Shown here one piece after another: positions 27,780 to 41,600 of a DNA stretch of 64,000 nt (position 1 is its first letter; the number at the start of each line of letters is the position of its first letter). The DNA is from Balanoglossus misakiensis. Its lineage: Eukaryota > Animalia > Hemichordata. The position numbers were made by a program, and so were the translations under genes. Below the pieces are notes generated by a model that saw only the letters and a list, made by a program, of their open reading frames with translations, made no database searches and was not told the DNA's origin. The stretch is taken from positions 146,208 to 210,207 of the forward strand of contig CM082594.2 of NCBI GenBank assembly GCA_040954595.2. The letters are read 5' to 3'.

Positions 27780-29790
27780 TGACTATGCAGTATTCAAGAT
27801 CCACCCTTTCCACAATACGTGTGAACTTCTACTCTCTACATGGAATGTCCGCTCAGCTAGATGCAAATCATTAGACCTTGCAGACTACATCACAGATAAA
27901 GAAATTGATATTCTTGTACTCACTGAAACATGGTTGAAGGAATCTGGTGACGAACACGTAATGGCTGAATGTACACCACCAGGCTATGCTGTCAAACATC
28001 TACCTGGGGTTGGCAAGATCGGTGGAGGCTTAGCTTAAATTCATAAGCTAGCACTAAAATTAACAGCTTGGAAGCCTATTCTCTCTGTTAAATCTTTTGA
28101 GGCAGCGGAAGCAACTATTCTTCACCAGAAACTTTCCATGAAAATAATTCTTGTCTACCGTCCACCACCATCAGTTAATAATAAATTCACCGCACCACAG
28201 TTCATGGAAGAGTTCAGTACAACACTTGAGAAGTATGTCACCTGCTCAAGTAATCTCTTCATCGTAGGAGATTTCAATATTCACCTAGAAGATGATAAGA
28301 ATCCAGTAACACAGAAATTCAATGGAATCATCAGCGCCTGTAATCTGAAACAATGGGTCCAACAACCAACACACAGAAAGGGTCATACTCTTGATCTCAT
28401 CTTATCTAACTCTGCGTCTAACATCAAGAGTGTCTCTGTAGACTGCTTGGAACTCTCTGATCACAATCCTGTCAATGCAAAACTTGCTCTTCCGAAACCA
28501 ACACACAGTAGACGTCAAATATCTTATCGTCGTATCTGCCACTTCAATTGATAGTTTCAGCCATGATCTCGACAAAATACATCAAATGTCCTAGCCTCGA
28601 AATGACCTCTCCTCAGCCATATCAGCTTATAACCAACACGTCAGTCTCCATCTAAAACATGTGTACTTGATGTCATCCCTACAGCACTTGTTAAGCAATG
28701 TCTTGGTAATCAGCTCACTATCATAGCCACAATTATCAATTTGTCACTCAAAACTGGAACTGTTCCTGAATAACTTAAAATAGCAGTCATCACACCAATA
28801 TACTCAAGAAACCTTCGCTCGACAAAAACATTTTCAAGAACTATAGACCAGTTTCAAACCTAACCTTCCTGTCAAAAGTAATCGGGAAGATTGTAGCACA
28901 ACAACTGACATCATATTTGACTACCAACTCACTACAAGAACCACTGCAGTCAGCGTACCGAAAGGATCACAGTACCGAAACAGCACTTACTGAAGTCAAC
29001 AACGATATTTGTATGGCACTGGATGCCGGTAAATGTGTACTCATGGTTCTCCTCGATCTCTCCTCTGTGTTTGATACCATAGATCACGACACAATCATCT
29101 CAAGGTTATCAAAACTGGGCATCACCAACATCCCACTACAATGGTTCTCATCATATCTTAAGAACAGACAGCAGTTTGTATGGCACAATGTCAGAACCTC
29201 AATATCTACAATATGGAGTACCACACGGTTCAGTGCTTGGCCCACTTTTGTTCTGCAGCTACATCCAACCACTTGCTCAACTTATTTGTCACCACAACAT
29301 CAATTTTCACCAATATGCCGATGACAACCAACTATACCAATATTTCTTCCAGTTAGACACCATAAGTACATTAGACAAGATGGAAAGGGCAGTTCACGAA
29401 ATAAAAACCTGGATGACACATAATAAACTTCAACTCAATGGTGGCAAACCCGAGGTACTCCTGATAAGGTCTCAGTTCAACCGCTCGCCTCGTCCCATAA
29501 ACCACAAGAGCATTGGATCATGTTGTGTTCAAATTGTGAATTCTGCACGGAATATAGGTGTGACATTCGACGACAATTACACTTTCAATAAGCACATTAA
29601 TGCAATTTGCAAGTCAATTTTCTTTCATCTGCGTCAAATCAGCCACATTCGCCGTTACCTCACTAAGGAAGTTTGCCAGATGCTGGTTCATGCTCTAATC
29701 ACATCAAAACTGGACTACTGCAATGCAATACTCTGTGGTTTACCATCATCTTGCATTCAACCGCTACAGCATGCCCTGAATTCTGCAGCC
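27780..29790 (+). mobile_element. L2/CR1-group LINE ORF2 (APE endonuclease plus RT), degenerate, copy 2
   Basis: WNVRS, LTETWL, VYRPP, GDFN, HTLDLIL and SDH endonuclease motifs, followed by RT motifs including YADD. Confidence 0.93.
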
Positions 29791-30081
29791 ACCATGGCCT
29801 CCTTCACAAAAACCTCACCAGACCCCATAATGCCTCCATCTCTTACACCACACCATATACCCACCACAAATCCTAGCCATCACCCAACCTATCATAGCCC
29901 AAACAATCCAAACCCAATCAAAATTGACCCTAGCCCCACTTATCAAGCCATCAATGCTCAACGGCAACCCAAATAACACTTAACTTAAAGATTGGCATAA
30001 ATCCAAACTCATACCACTGCCACCCCAAATATACAACACAAAGACTCAATCACGAACCAATACCTACCATTTGTAGCAAAT

Positions 30082-30590
30082 ACAGGCTAGTGGGATTGAG
30101 GAGAAACCCCATAATAATGGTGCAGACACGGCATCTGTGAATGCGGTCAGAAAACAGCGCCATCAACGCCCGAAACCAAAAAAAAAAAAGAGAGCTCATC
30201 AGCAGCCAGCGAAAGGACCGTCCACTTGTTATTATTGTGGTGGCACCTATCCACATGACTCAGTATGTCCAGCTAAAGGCAAGTCATGCAGGAAGTGTGG
30301 CAAACCTAACTATTTTGCCAAATGCTACCGATCAAAAGGCAAGGCAAATAGGGTAGACAAGGATGAAACTGTCAAAGCTGTGCATAAAGTGGAAGACAGC
30401 TCGGGAGATGAATACTGCTTCACTGTACAACAATCAAATGGCAGGAGGCCTCAAGTAACAGTGCAGATAGAACAAACAGCAGTTGCCTCACTGATCGACC
30501 CTGGTTCTACAATAAACATGATGAGTGTAAACACATACAACAACCTAAAGAACAAACCCATGTGGCAAACAGAAAGCCTGTTTTACCACT
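30082..30590 (+). mobile_element. gag: Gypsy gag 3' half and protease remnant, copy 2
   Basis: ORF 30137-30673 matches the copy 1 gag; the LTR and PBS are deleted. Confidence 0.88.
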
Positions 30591-33500
30591 GCCAGCAGTG
30601 CATTATTGAGTATTTTAGCATCGCTGGATTTAGCTCTCGTCCAATCAGAATTGCGGACGGTAGCATGATATAATATAATTGAGAATAAATCTCACGACAA
30701 GTGTACAGTTTGACAATGTACACAGATAATCCGTTTCAACAATGTTTCCTTTGTAGTGTGAATAAAACTGCACACTTTGCAAGTTTTCAACTTCAAAACA
30801 CTATGGCTATTACAAAGACAAAGCTGCTAATATACAGTGTATACCTGTCATTTTTGTTTGTGGTGAGATTTTCATTGGCACAGTCGCACAGAGCTCACAC
30901 AAGAGGAAATCACACTTTCTGTTGAATTCACTGCATCCTGCTAACTTTAAGTCATATATCCAGTGAAACATTAAGTTATAGAATTTTCCATCGCAGTATT
31001 CTGTTTTATATACATGTATAGCAGTCCCACACATCTTGATTAATTTGACAAAAGAAACTGACTGACAATTTTCACAGCGCTCCCAGTATAGCATCCTTGG
31101 CAGGTGCACGTCAATGCCCCACACGAGGTTAGGGTTGGCAAGTGCTGCCATTTTGACATGGGTTGTTAGCACTGATCAATTCCTACGCATGACAGAAAAA
31201 TGAAGAATTAGGCTATGGGCCGGACCTGCCTATCGTTTCAAAACGCACTCTGTATATTAGGGTCTATTTCTTTTACATAAAAACAAGTCTTCTTGCTCTA
31301 ATATGATAAAAGAAAAAAACTTCAACTTAAATATTGCGTCCTCAGAGGTAATATCGAGCCCTAAAAATCAGGTATGCTAATGCGGTTAAAGGTCGTGCAG
31401 TTCTCCTTATAACAAGCGATCTTATTGGTGGTTACGTGACTGCACCAATCACAGAATGCGTTATGTCACTCAGCAATTACACACACAGGGCAAACTATCA
31501 GGCAGCTACATGTATACTAGTATACATGTTACAGAAGATTAAACACAATTGTTGGTAAGGAAAGTTTGAGCAGACTAGTCCATTCAATGTAAAAAATGGT
31601 GCTGATTCCAAAAAAGTCAGTCTTATTGACCCCTTTCAAGACAAAATTGCCATTTTTGCCACTTTTAACCCAAAAGGTCATTTAAAAAACACTCAAAACA
31701 CACTGTTTTCATCACATTCGGAGATCTGATGACATTTGAGGATTATGCGGAAACAGTGACACACCAGAATAAAAATTACAGGTGACATTTGCAAGCAGAT
31801 ATGATCTGACCACATAGAAATATGGAATGTAAAAACATTAACAAGGAACATGCCCAATAAACTGTCATGTGTCAAGGCAGTCTTACAAGTGGTGCTAGAA
31901 AAAAAAATGACCAAAAATTGTCTGTACAAACACATATGCGAAGCAACTTCTTTCAGTCAGCCCTGGAACAGACACACACTGACCTGCCACTGGTAATTAA
32001 AATTTGATAGCTGGTGGTCTCTGTAACAGCTGGCCTATTTAAGTTATGTAAACATGTCTTTGTTCGAGGTAACAACTCCTTGTAAATAGTAACTTTAAAA
32101 ACAACTGGACAATTTGTTTAGGAAAAGATTTGCTAACCAAAAACTAAGAAACTTACCAAAAAAACTCGCTAAATATTTAATCTTTCTGATCTCAGAATTG
32201 AATAAAAGTTGCACATATACAGGTATGTGTTATGAAATTATATCCTAAATTTCAAAGCAATCAGAGAAAAAACTAATTTCAAAGCAATCCGACAAGCAGT
32301 TTCACAGAAAATATTTGTTCAAAAGTGGCAAAAACACAAATATCACCAAAATTGTACAATATCTTACTTCAATCACTACAAGGAACATGCTGCCTAAGTT
32401 CAATGCAATAGGACAAGTGGTTTCAGAGAAAACAATTTTTGACAAAAATTGCAAAAGTTTCCCCGATAACACATTTATGCAAATATCTCTTTTTTTTTAC
32501 AACATATTATTTAGGTTACCCCTACGAACATGCCTACCAAATTGCAAAGCAATCTGGCATGAGGTTTTAAAGAAAAACATTTTTTGACCAAAAATGGCAA
32601 ATATTGCTCAAAATTATAGATATGCAAATTTTGCAACAATTTGAACAAAACTATGGTTCTTTGACAACATTAGGAGGCTTCATACTAAATTTCAAAGACT
32701 TTTTACCAATAACATGGAAAAACACAAAAAAATGCAAAAAAAAATAGGAAATCGATAATATTAGCTCAAAACATACAGGATTGTATGAGGTTGATATAAG
32801 GTACATGCATACCAATTTTCAAATCAATATGACCAGTGGTTGTCCAGTTTTTGAGTTTTGACCAATTTCACATTTTCCCAGCTAATTTGCATATTTTTGG
32901 CAATGACATCTTCATTTGAACAAACTCCCATCTACAGCCCTGCCTGCATCTACACGCCAAATATCGAGGTCATACGTGCTGCGGTTTTCAAGTTTTTGAT
33001 GTGGACGGACATACAGACATACATCCATCCATCCATCCATACATACAGACGTAACCAATCCCATAAGGTTCCATGGTACATACCAATGGGACCTAAAAAC
33101 TTGTGACTTACATGTAACACATGTTTGCCCAGTGTAGCAGGTTGGACAGTTGCAGGTGTAGATTGAGCAGGAGCCTTGAAGTGGCTGATACACTCCGTTA
33201 TTCAGACATGGGTTTAGAAGACAATGGTTGATCGCTAAGGGTGAGAGAAATGAAAAGTATCACATTAGGGTCTTACACACTTGAGTGGGAAGTGAAATCT
33301 GTAGCAGACTGTCAGAAGATTGCACATCCGTGTGATCATGTTCATGTGTGAAGGATAATGAAGACCACTTGATCCAAGCTTGGTGCTACCATCTTTATCA
33401 TAATTACAACATCTTATAATATTTACTAGTTGGGGGTGGGGTGGGGTGGGGGTGGGGGTAGTTGATGTCATAACTTTCTGATGTTTCAATTTACGGTTGG

Positions 33501-36500
33501 AAAAATAGCAACATCTACTCTGATGAGCATTTGAGTCAATGAAAGTATACATCATGGCTACGGTAGTGCATATAAGTCTCTTGGTTAGCTGCACAATCAC
33601 AGGCAACTTTATTGAGACAATATCAATGACAAAGCCCAGCGATTTCTACTTTGTGCGGCAAATCTGACACTGGTTTGCTTACGTTCAGCGCACGTGGTTC
33701 CGATGAAACAGCGCGAACTCTGGCATCTGAACTCGGTGCAGGACACTTGCTGGCAGAATCCACTGTTTAGACAAGGGTTGGGCTGACACGGATTCAAATC
33801 TGTGCACAGAAGAAAAAGTGATATAAATTGTGTACAGTTAATATTTACTACATATACTTTAAACAGATTTGTGCAGTCAGGGTTGAGTGGTAAAAATCTC
33901 AGTTGGTCAACAGAACATCACTGTGACAAATTTCTTCCATGTTCAACAAAAGAAACGTAATGAAATTTTGACACAGGTGTAATAGTGTCTTAGTGTACCA
34001 TACGGTGCAGGTTGTTGTTTGGTCAAATACACAATCCCCTTTTATGGCACACACATTCTTAATAAATTTCCCCAAAATTGTGTCGTTATTCACTGTTTGA
34101 TACAGGTTGGAAGAAACCAACTGCAAGCCGATTATGTGTTATGTTATTATGTTCCTCTTCATCTGAAATTTAAAATCACTCACATGTCTGACATAAATCG
34201 CCGGAGTAACAGCTTGTACAGGAGCATGTGAATTCAGTACACCAATTGGGCGTCAGCACACAGTTTCCACCATTCTGACACTGGATGGGTTGACACTGGT
34301 TGACAGCTGTGGGATGTTCAGTCAAGATATTGTCAAAATTACAGAATCTACAAACTACACTCCACAGTCATGTACATGTATACATGACAACAACCAAAGG
34401 GCTGTTTTGAAAAACCAAATGCTGTGAAATCCTTTAGAGTGTGACAAGAAACCACAGTTGCAACCGAAAACAAAAATAGTGATAACATTAAGCTAACCCA
34501 AAGTTTGAGTTACCAGGGCTTTAATATGTGTACCGTACTTATATTATATAATACATAACAAGTGTTTTGCATTGAATAAAATAATATTGGTTTGTACTTA
34601 CGCATTGTACATGTGGCACCAGTGAAGCATTTGGTACACATACAGTCAAACAGGAAACAGCCGTCTCGCGCAACGCAAATGCCACCATTTTGACAAGGCA
34701 TAGAGTATAACTGATCAATGGCTGCCAAAACAAAAATGAAAGTATCAATTACCTGCTTGTCAAAAACTTGTACATGTACTTGTGATGTTCATTTCGTTTA
34801 AATATGTGAGCAATGTCTTCATTCCTTGTTTCAAACCTGTACATTTAAAATAACATAATGATGCTATTGCTAGGATTTTTCTGTAAGAATCTTGAAAAAT
34901 TAAAAAATGTGCCATCAACATGATACAGAAGGCTTTCCTTTTTAACGTGCACCTCACACTCAATTTTGACCCTACATCAGCAAATTTTGAAAGGATGAAA
35001 CTTAGTAATGCTTCCACCCCATTTATTGGTGTATGGGTCCATCTATCACATTGAGAATACCAAAAATGAGGGTTTATATACCACGCTGTGTCATAAAACA
35101 GTAATTCGACACACCTACGGCACAGATGGCCCCAGTCCAACACTACTGGCAGTAACAGGTGTAGTCAGTATAAGAATTTGGTGTTTGGGAACAATAGCCT
35201 CCATTTTGACACGGATTCTGATCACATGGGTTAATGACTATCAGAAAAAAAATAGTTTAAAAAACATGAAATGCAGATGGCTTCACCTCAACCAAAGATG
35301 ATTCCTGCACCACAACAAAATCCTTTGACACAAGCATTATACTGGAACCATACCCAGAACACGCATTAAGTATATGATGAAGGGAAAATGTCTCTATTTT
35401 GGGTAATACAGTAAAACCTGTCTTTATGGACACCTCTCTAATCAGAACACCTAGTAAGATTGATTTTTCAAGCCAAATAGTAAGGATAATTAAGGACGTC
35501 TCTTTTACTTAATACTCAGATGTGTGCACCACCTTAGGAGAGATTACCTCACATGCACAATTATCTCTACAGACACTAGTCTTCAAGAGGCAACTCTTGT
35601 ATATTTGAGTGATGAAAACATCCAGCTTCGTACACTTCCTCACAAGTTCGTGCCTATCCTAAATTGCACGGACATACAAATGAAATTTCTGTTTTCTTTT
35701 CTCTTGTGGAAATTTTAGAAATGAGAAGTTACCACACAATTCAATTGCCATGAAGAGAAAGTGCCCAAAAGATTGTCATTTACAGTACGTCAGAAACTTA
35801 CATATTTCACAACAGTTACCCTCATAGCAACCAGTACAGGCACAGGTATATGCCGTGCAGGAGTTGGCCACTGCATTACATACAGCCCCGTTGAGACAGC
35901 TGTTTCGCTGGCATGGATCTTGGACTGCAATAAAAAGTGCAACCTAATGTTATCTCAGCAATATTTACTTTCAAAATCTGTTTGATAAAAACATCATCAT
36001 TACCATTACTGTAAATACTGAACGGAACTTCACTTCCAAAAACAACTTGCTCATTCTGGGACGCACTTGTGGGGCTATGAAAATCTCTGTATATGTATCT
36101 TGTGTAGGGAAAATTTTCATGAACGATCAACATTTTTTTCTTCAAATAAACATGTTTTCTTTCAGTTGTACATCATTTTTGAGGTGAACGATTCCCAAGG
36201 CCCAAGGTGTGATGCTGAAGATGAAAATATAAAGTATGACCAACAGACAATGTATTGAGACATGATTGTAAATGTTAGTTCCTGCATGACAAATGTTTGT
36301 TTTAATGAGTTTTACACTGGCTGCAGTGTGTGCCGGTGAAACATCCTGGACAAGTACACTCATAAGTTGTACACGACAGCTGAGTACACCGCCCATTGTT
36401 CAGGCATGGACTTGGCCTATATGGTGTTTGTTCTGTTTCAATGGCATGAAAAAAAAATAGTAGTGACATAAGTTTTTAGGGTATGACCATTTCCCTAATT

Positions 36501-37868
36501 CCTACAGCTGTGGTTCTATCGGGTTCTCCTAACTGAGCCTCCTAAATGTATAACTGAACAATAAGAATTACTTATTATACTTTTGGGAGTTTAGGACTTT
36601 GGTAATTGAAAAAAGACTCAATTCCTGAAAGTGCCTATTTGGTTTGTCACATCCTAAATATACAGGTAATTTCATAGCTGCCAGCTATGACAAATATACT
36701 GGTATGATGGGGGAAAAACGTGCCGAAGTAAGGAAGTCATTGTCCAACTGTCCTGGGTGTTAATTATATGCAAAAGAACATCATCATACAGATAATCCCC
36801 AAACCCTTTGATCTTTGCCGCAGTTGCTCGTCCTTCTTTCTCTAGGGTCTATGGCTTGACAGATGTCACCTGTGTAAGAGTTCACACACTGGCATGAATA
36901 GAAATTGCACGATGTTTGCTGGCAAATCCACCATTCATACATGGGTTGGGATCACAGGGGTTTTGCACTGGAAATTGAGAAAGGACGCCATTTTATTCCT
37001 TGCTACTCATTCTACAGATATGGCAAAAACCTTGCAGAATTATGGCAAGGGTGTGTGGAGTGATTGTGCCTACAACTTATATTAGGCTGGTATCAAGTTG
37101 TTCACACCTCCATAGATCATGTGGCAGTGACTGTGAGGCAAGGGCTTCCCTTCATGAAATCAATGACTTGTGTACTGGAGGAGGGTTCCTTGCAAATGCT
37201 TGACTTGACTTCAAGCATACCTGTAGACTCATATGCAAATTTACACTATCTGGGCTGGAGTGAGAATTTCCATAGTGGATGTGTGTTGACAAAAGGCTGT
37301 AAAATTGGCCAGTCGCGCATAATGTTTCTTGAACTAAGACAATCAAGACATTATGCGCTACGAAAGTGATTTTGATTGGGAAGAGTGTAATCTTGCATTC
37401 GATGTCAAGAACGCTCCAAGCTCTGCTGTGGTGATGGCTACACCTATGCTCAGGAAACATGCAGTATTTGAATGCATCAGAGACAAAAGGTAAAAGAGAC
37501 TGCGCTGTATATTTACATATCTCACACCTATCACCTTTGTAGCAACCAGTACATATGCAGGTGAGATCAAAGCAGGAATTTCGAGCCGGTTGACAGAAGC
37601 CACCATTCTGGCACGGATTTGGTGGACACTGGTTGAGTCCTACAAGGAAAAGGGTCAAATTTTCCATGATCATCAATGTCATGTGATTATGAATGTATGT
37701 AAGTGGCTGAAAAAAATTCCCAGGGGTGAGTTTCCTACAAAAATTGTGATGTGACAAACCGACAAATTAGCATATTAGCATAATCAGAATAAATAAAAAA
37801 ATGCACAGGTAGTTTAAAAGAACAAACACTTTGGAAACGGAATAGAGCTAAGCTGCTGTCCCTTTCTA

Positions 37869-38331
37869 ATTGTTACTCGTTCAAAAATCACTTGTCACAT
37901 CACTCCAATTTTGTATCAGTTGCACTGGCTATCTGTTACAGAGCGTATTGTTTTTAAGATGTTAGTTCTCATTTTTAAATCCATTCATAAACTTGGTCCA
38001 ATCTATCTTTCTAGCATGACTAATCTATATGTTCCGTGTCGCAATTTAAGGTCAGCTGATCAGTTCAAACTCTGCCCTGTTCGATCACGCACCAAGAGTT
38101 ATGGTGATCGTGCTTTTACTGTTGCTGCTCCAATTCTTTGGAATAATCTTCCACTTACCATTCGCCAGGCACCAGACTTATCTGTTTTTAAATCAAATGT
38201 TAAAACTTTACTTTTTAAATCTGTTTTTTAGCCAGTTGTTGTATTGTACTTTTGCTTTAGGCGTCATTGATCACATTTTTTGTGGATACTGACGCTATAC
38301 AAATAAATTATTATTATTATTATTATTATTA
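37869..38331 (+). mobile_element. 5'-truncated L2 LINE insertion specific to copy 3
   Basis: LHWLSVTERIVFK...GDRAFTVAAPILWN; (TTA)n tail; TTTCTA duplicated at 37863-37868 and 38332-38337; empty site near 7582 in copy 1. Confidence 0.9.
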
Positions 38332-38634
38332 TTTCTATTTTTGTGTTTGTACAACATCAGTGAAGTTTAAATCATAATAAAAAAAAATGATAATTATCAT
38401 TATTAACTGCTATAGATTCAAACTTACTTGTCTCACACCTGGTTTCCTAGTAACACTCTGTGCACATGCCAATGGTGGCAGTACAAGAATTTGCCTGTTG
38501 TTGGCAGGTACCTCCATTGAGACAAGGACTAGCGAAGCATGGATTAGGAACTGGAAGACAGGAATTCAAAATTTTATACAACACTTACCTATGGTAACAC
38601 CAGTACACGTTCATTATTTCTCTGTTATGTTTTT

Positions 38635-41600
38635 GGGGGCACAAGCGCCCTCAGGCGGCTTGTGCCCCCATTGGTATTGTTGGAATATTTACGGGCCCAA
38701 GCCAAGCCAGGCTTGGGCCCGTATTGGTTTCGTTGGGGTTTTTCTTTCTTTCTTTCTTTCTTTCTTTATTCTTGGTTCATTTCTTTCGCGCGCTAGATCT
38801 CAGACACCGCTGCAGGTACAGTTCTCAAACTTGCTACAGTGGTCAAGGTCAATGAGAAGATGTGCAGTGACTTGTGAATACTTAATTAGTCACGTGACAT
38901 GGCGGCCATATTTGATTTTCTGAAAAAATGCAAATCTCAGATCTCAGAAACTACAAGTCAGATCGACTTCAGATTTGGTGTGCTGGTAGTATACCCTCTG
39001 CCCATCATTTTTGTAATTGGATATTTTGCTGTCAATGTTGCAGTTTTTTTGCTACAGTTGTTTTTCTGAAATCTGGTCACAATTTCAAAATTCTTCTTCT
39101 CCAGAACCGGCGATAACCGAGTCACGCCGTTTGGGGTATGTGGTCACCTAACTGATGTCTATCAAGTTTGCGAAGATCATTGTGATTGGTCGAAGATTAT
39201 GGCGGCCATATTGGATTTTCGAAAAACCATAGTAAAACTTCAAAAATCTTCTTCTCCAGAACAGGCGATGACTGAGTCACAAGATTTGGTGTGTGTGGTC
39301 ATTAAACAGATGTCTATCAAGTTTGCGAAGGGGAATGTGATTGGTCGAAGATTATGGCGGCCATATTGGATTTTGTGAAAAACGATTAAAAAGTAAAAAT
39401 TCCTTTTCTAGCCTAAACATTGATAGCACAGAAATTCTTTTTATGGATATGAATCATCATATGACAAGAATAAGCTATAAATATTTTGGTAATTTTGGCA
39501 ATGACCTTTGACCTACTTTTGACGAATCATTTTTCTGCATATCTAATTCCTGGCTAACCAATGGGGATATAAGTTTGGTTTTTGATGTATGTGGATTTGT
39601 ATGTGATCAAAAAATTTTGCTACTTTTCATGACCCCTTTGACCTCTGGTGACCTCATTAAATATGCGCATACCTAATTAATGATGAACCAATAGACCTAG
39701 AGGTTTTGTTTTTGTTATACATGGAACAGTATGGGGTCAAAATATTTTGCCCAAATGTTCGGTGACCTCGGGTGACCTTTGACCTACTTTTGCATATCTT
39801 GACATCCACACCAGATACAGCCTTGGCGTTTGGAGGTATGGGGCCATAATGAAAAGCCAAAGTTTTGAGTCACCTGTGACACCAGCTTTACTCATTATTT
39901 ATGTGCATACCTAATTCCGGGCTAACCAAAAGGGCTAGATGTCTGGTTTTTGTTTGACATGGACCACTATGGGTCAAAATTTTCTGCCCAAATTTTGGAT
40001 GACCTCAGATGACCTTTGACCTACTTTTGCATATTTCGGCATCCAAAGCAGGTACAGCCTTGGCATTTGGAGGTATGGGGCCATAATGAAAAGCCAAAGT
40101 TTTGGGTCACCTGTGACACCTGCTTTACGCATTATTTATGTGCATACCTAATTCCGGGCTAACCAAAAGGGCTAGAGGTCTGGTTTTTGTTGGACATGGA
40201 CCACTGTTGGTCAAAATATTCTGCCCAAATTGTGGGTGACCTCTGGGTGACCTTTGACCTACTTAACACTATACCAACAACAAATATAGATATAACCTTG
40301 ATATTTCATGGGGATAAAACACAGCATTATGTTTCAACTCATTAATTATGCGCATATCTAATAATCAGATCAGATAATAGAGCTTGGGCCCGGACAATGC
40401 TGCTTGCAGCTTTAATTCTTCTTTATTAGGGCCCAAGCCAAGCAGGCTTGGGCCCTATTGGTATTGTTGGCTTTTTTCTTCTACTTCTTCTTGTGTAGTT
40501 TTTTCGGCCAGGTAGATCTGGAGAACGGCTGAACCTACCAATTTCAAACTTAGCACAATGGTGCAGGCCAATGAGAGCTGGTGCAGTACCCTTGTGAATG
40601 TTTAATAAGTCATGTGACCTGATGACCATATATGGGCAAAATTTTCAAATCAGCCTAATTTGCATATGAATTGAGATATCAAAATTCTGTTCAGATGCTT
40701 TGTGGACCACATGGCCAGGGTTCTACATGCCAAATGTCAAGGCCATAGGCCATGTCAATTTTGAGAAGAAGATTTTTAAGTATTATTTTTCATATTTTTC
40801 GCCCAAGCCATGTGCCTATACTTTACATAGTTAAGCTATGACAACATATTATTTTGGATAAATATGCATACATATCTCAAAATCTGTTAGGCCGATCATC
40901 TCCAACTTTGGTGTGCAGCTAGCCTAGCATTTGTCAATAATTTTAAGCGGAAAAAAATAATATGAAAAATCGACCGATTTTTTTATATTAATTTTTTTAT
41001 TAAATTTATACCTTTATTTATACCTCTATGGTTAAGCTATGTCCATGTCTTATTGTGGAATTCTGGTCTGTGCAATAGTCTTGTACAGTGACTATCTATT
41101 GGTCAGTGAGCACAATGGCACCAAAATAAAAGGCAAAATTTTAGGCTCACCTGTAACACCTGCTTAACTCATTAATTATGTGCATACCTAATTCTGGGCT
41201 AACGAAGAGGGCTAGAGGTTTCGTTCTTGTGGGACATGGACCAGTATAGGGTCAAAATTTCTTGCCCAAATTTTGGGTGACCTCAGGTGACCTTTGACCT
41301 ACTTTACCAGATCTTGGCATCCAGAGCAGGTACAGACTTGGCGTTTGGAGGGTTGGGACTAAAATTGAAAAGCCAAAATTGGGGATCACCTGTGACACCT
41401 GCGTACCTCATTAATTATGTGCATACCTAATTCCAGGCTAACCAATAGGGCTATAGGTTTGGTTTTTGTTGAACATGGACCAGTATAGGGTCAAAATTTC
41501 TTGCCCAAATTTTGCATGACCTCAGGTGACCTTTGACCTACTTTACCATATCTTGGCATCCAGAGCAGATATGCTTATTGCTATGTTGCTATGTGCTATG

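Larger units (their letters stand above)
15576..31620 (+). repeat. Segmental tandem duplication, copy 2
   Basis: Near-identical to copy 1. It has about 1.4 kb more sequence at the L2 5' end (27523-28931) and lacks about 0.93 kb covering the Gypsy LTR/5' gag (junction near 30083). Confidence 0.97.
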
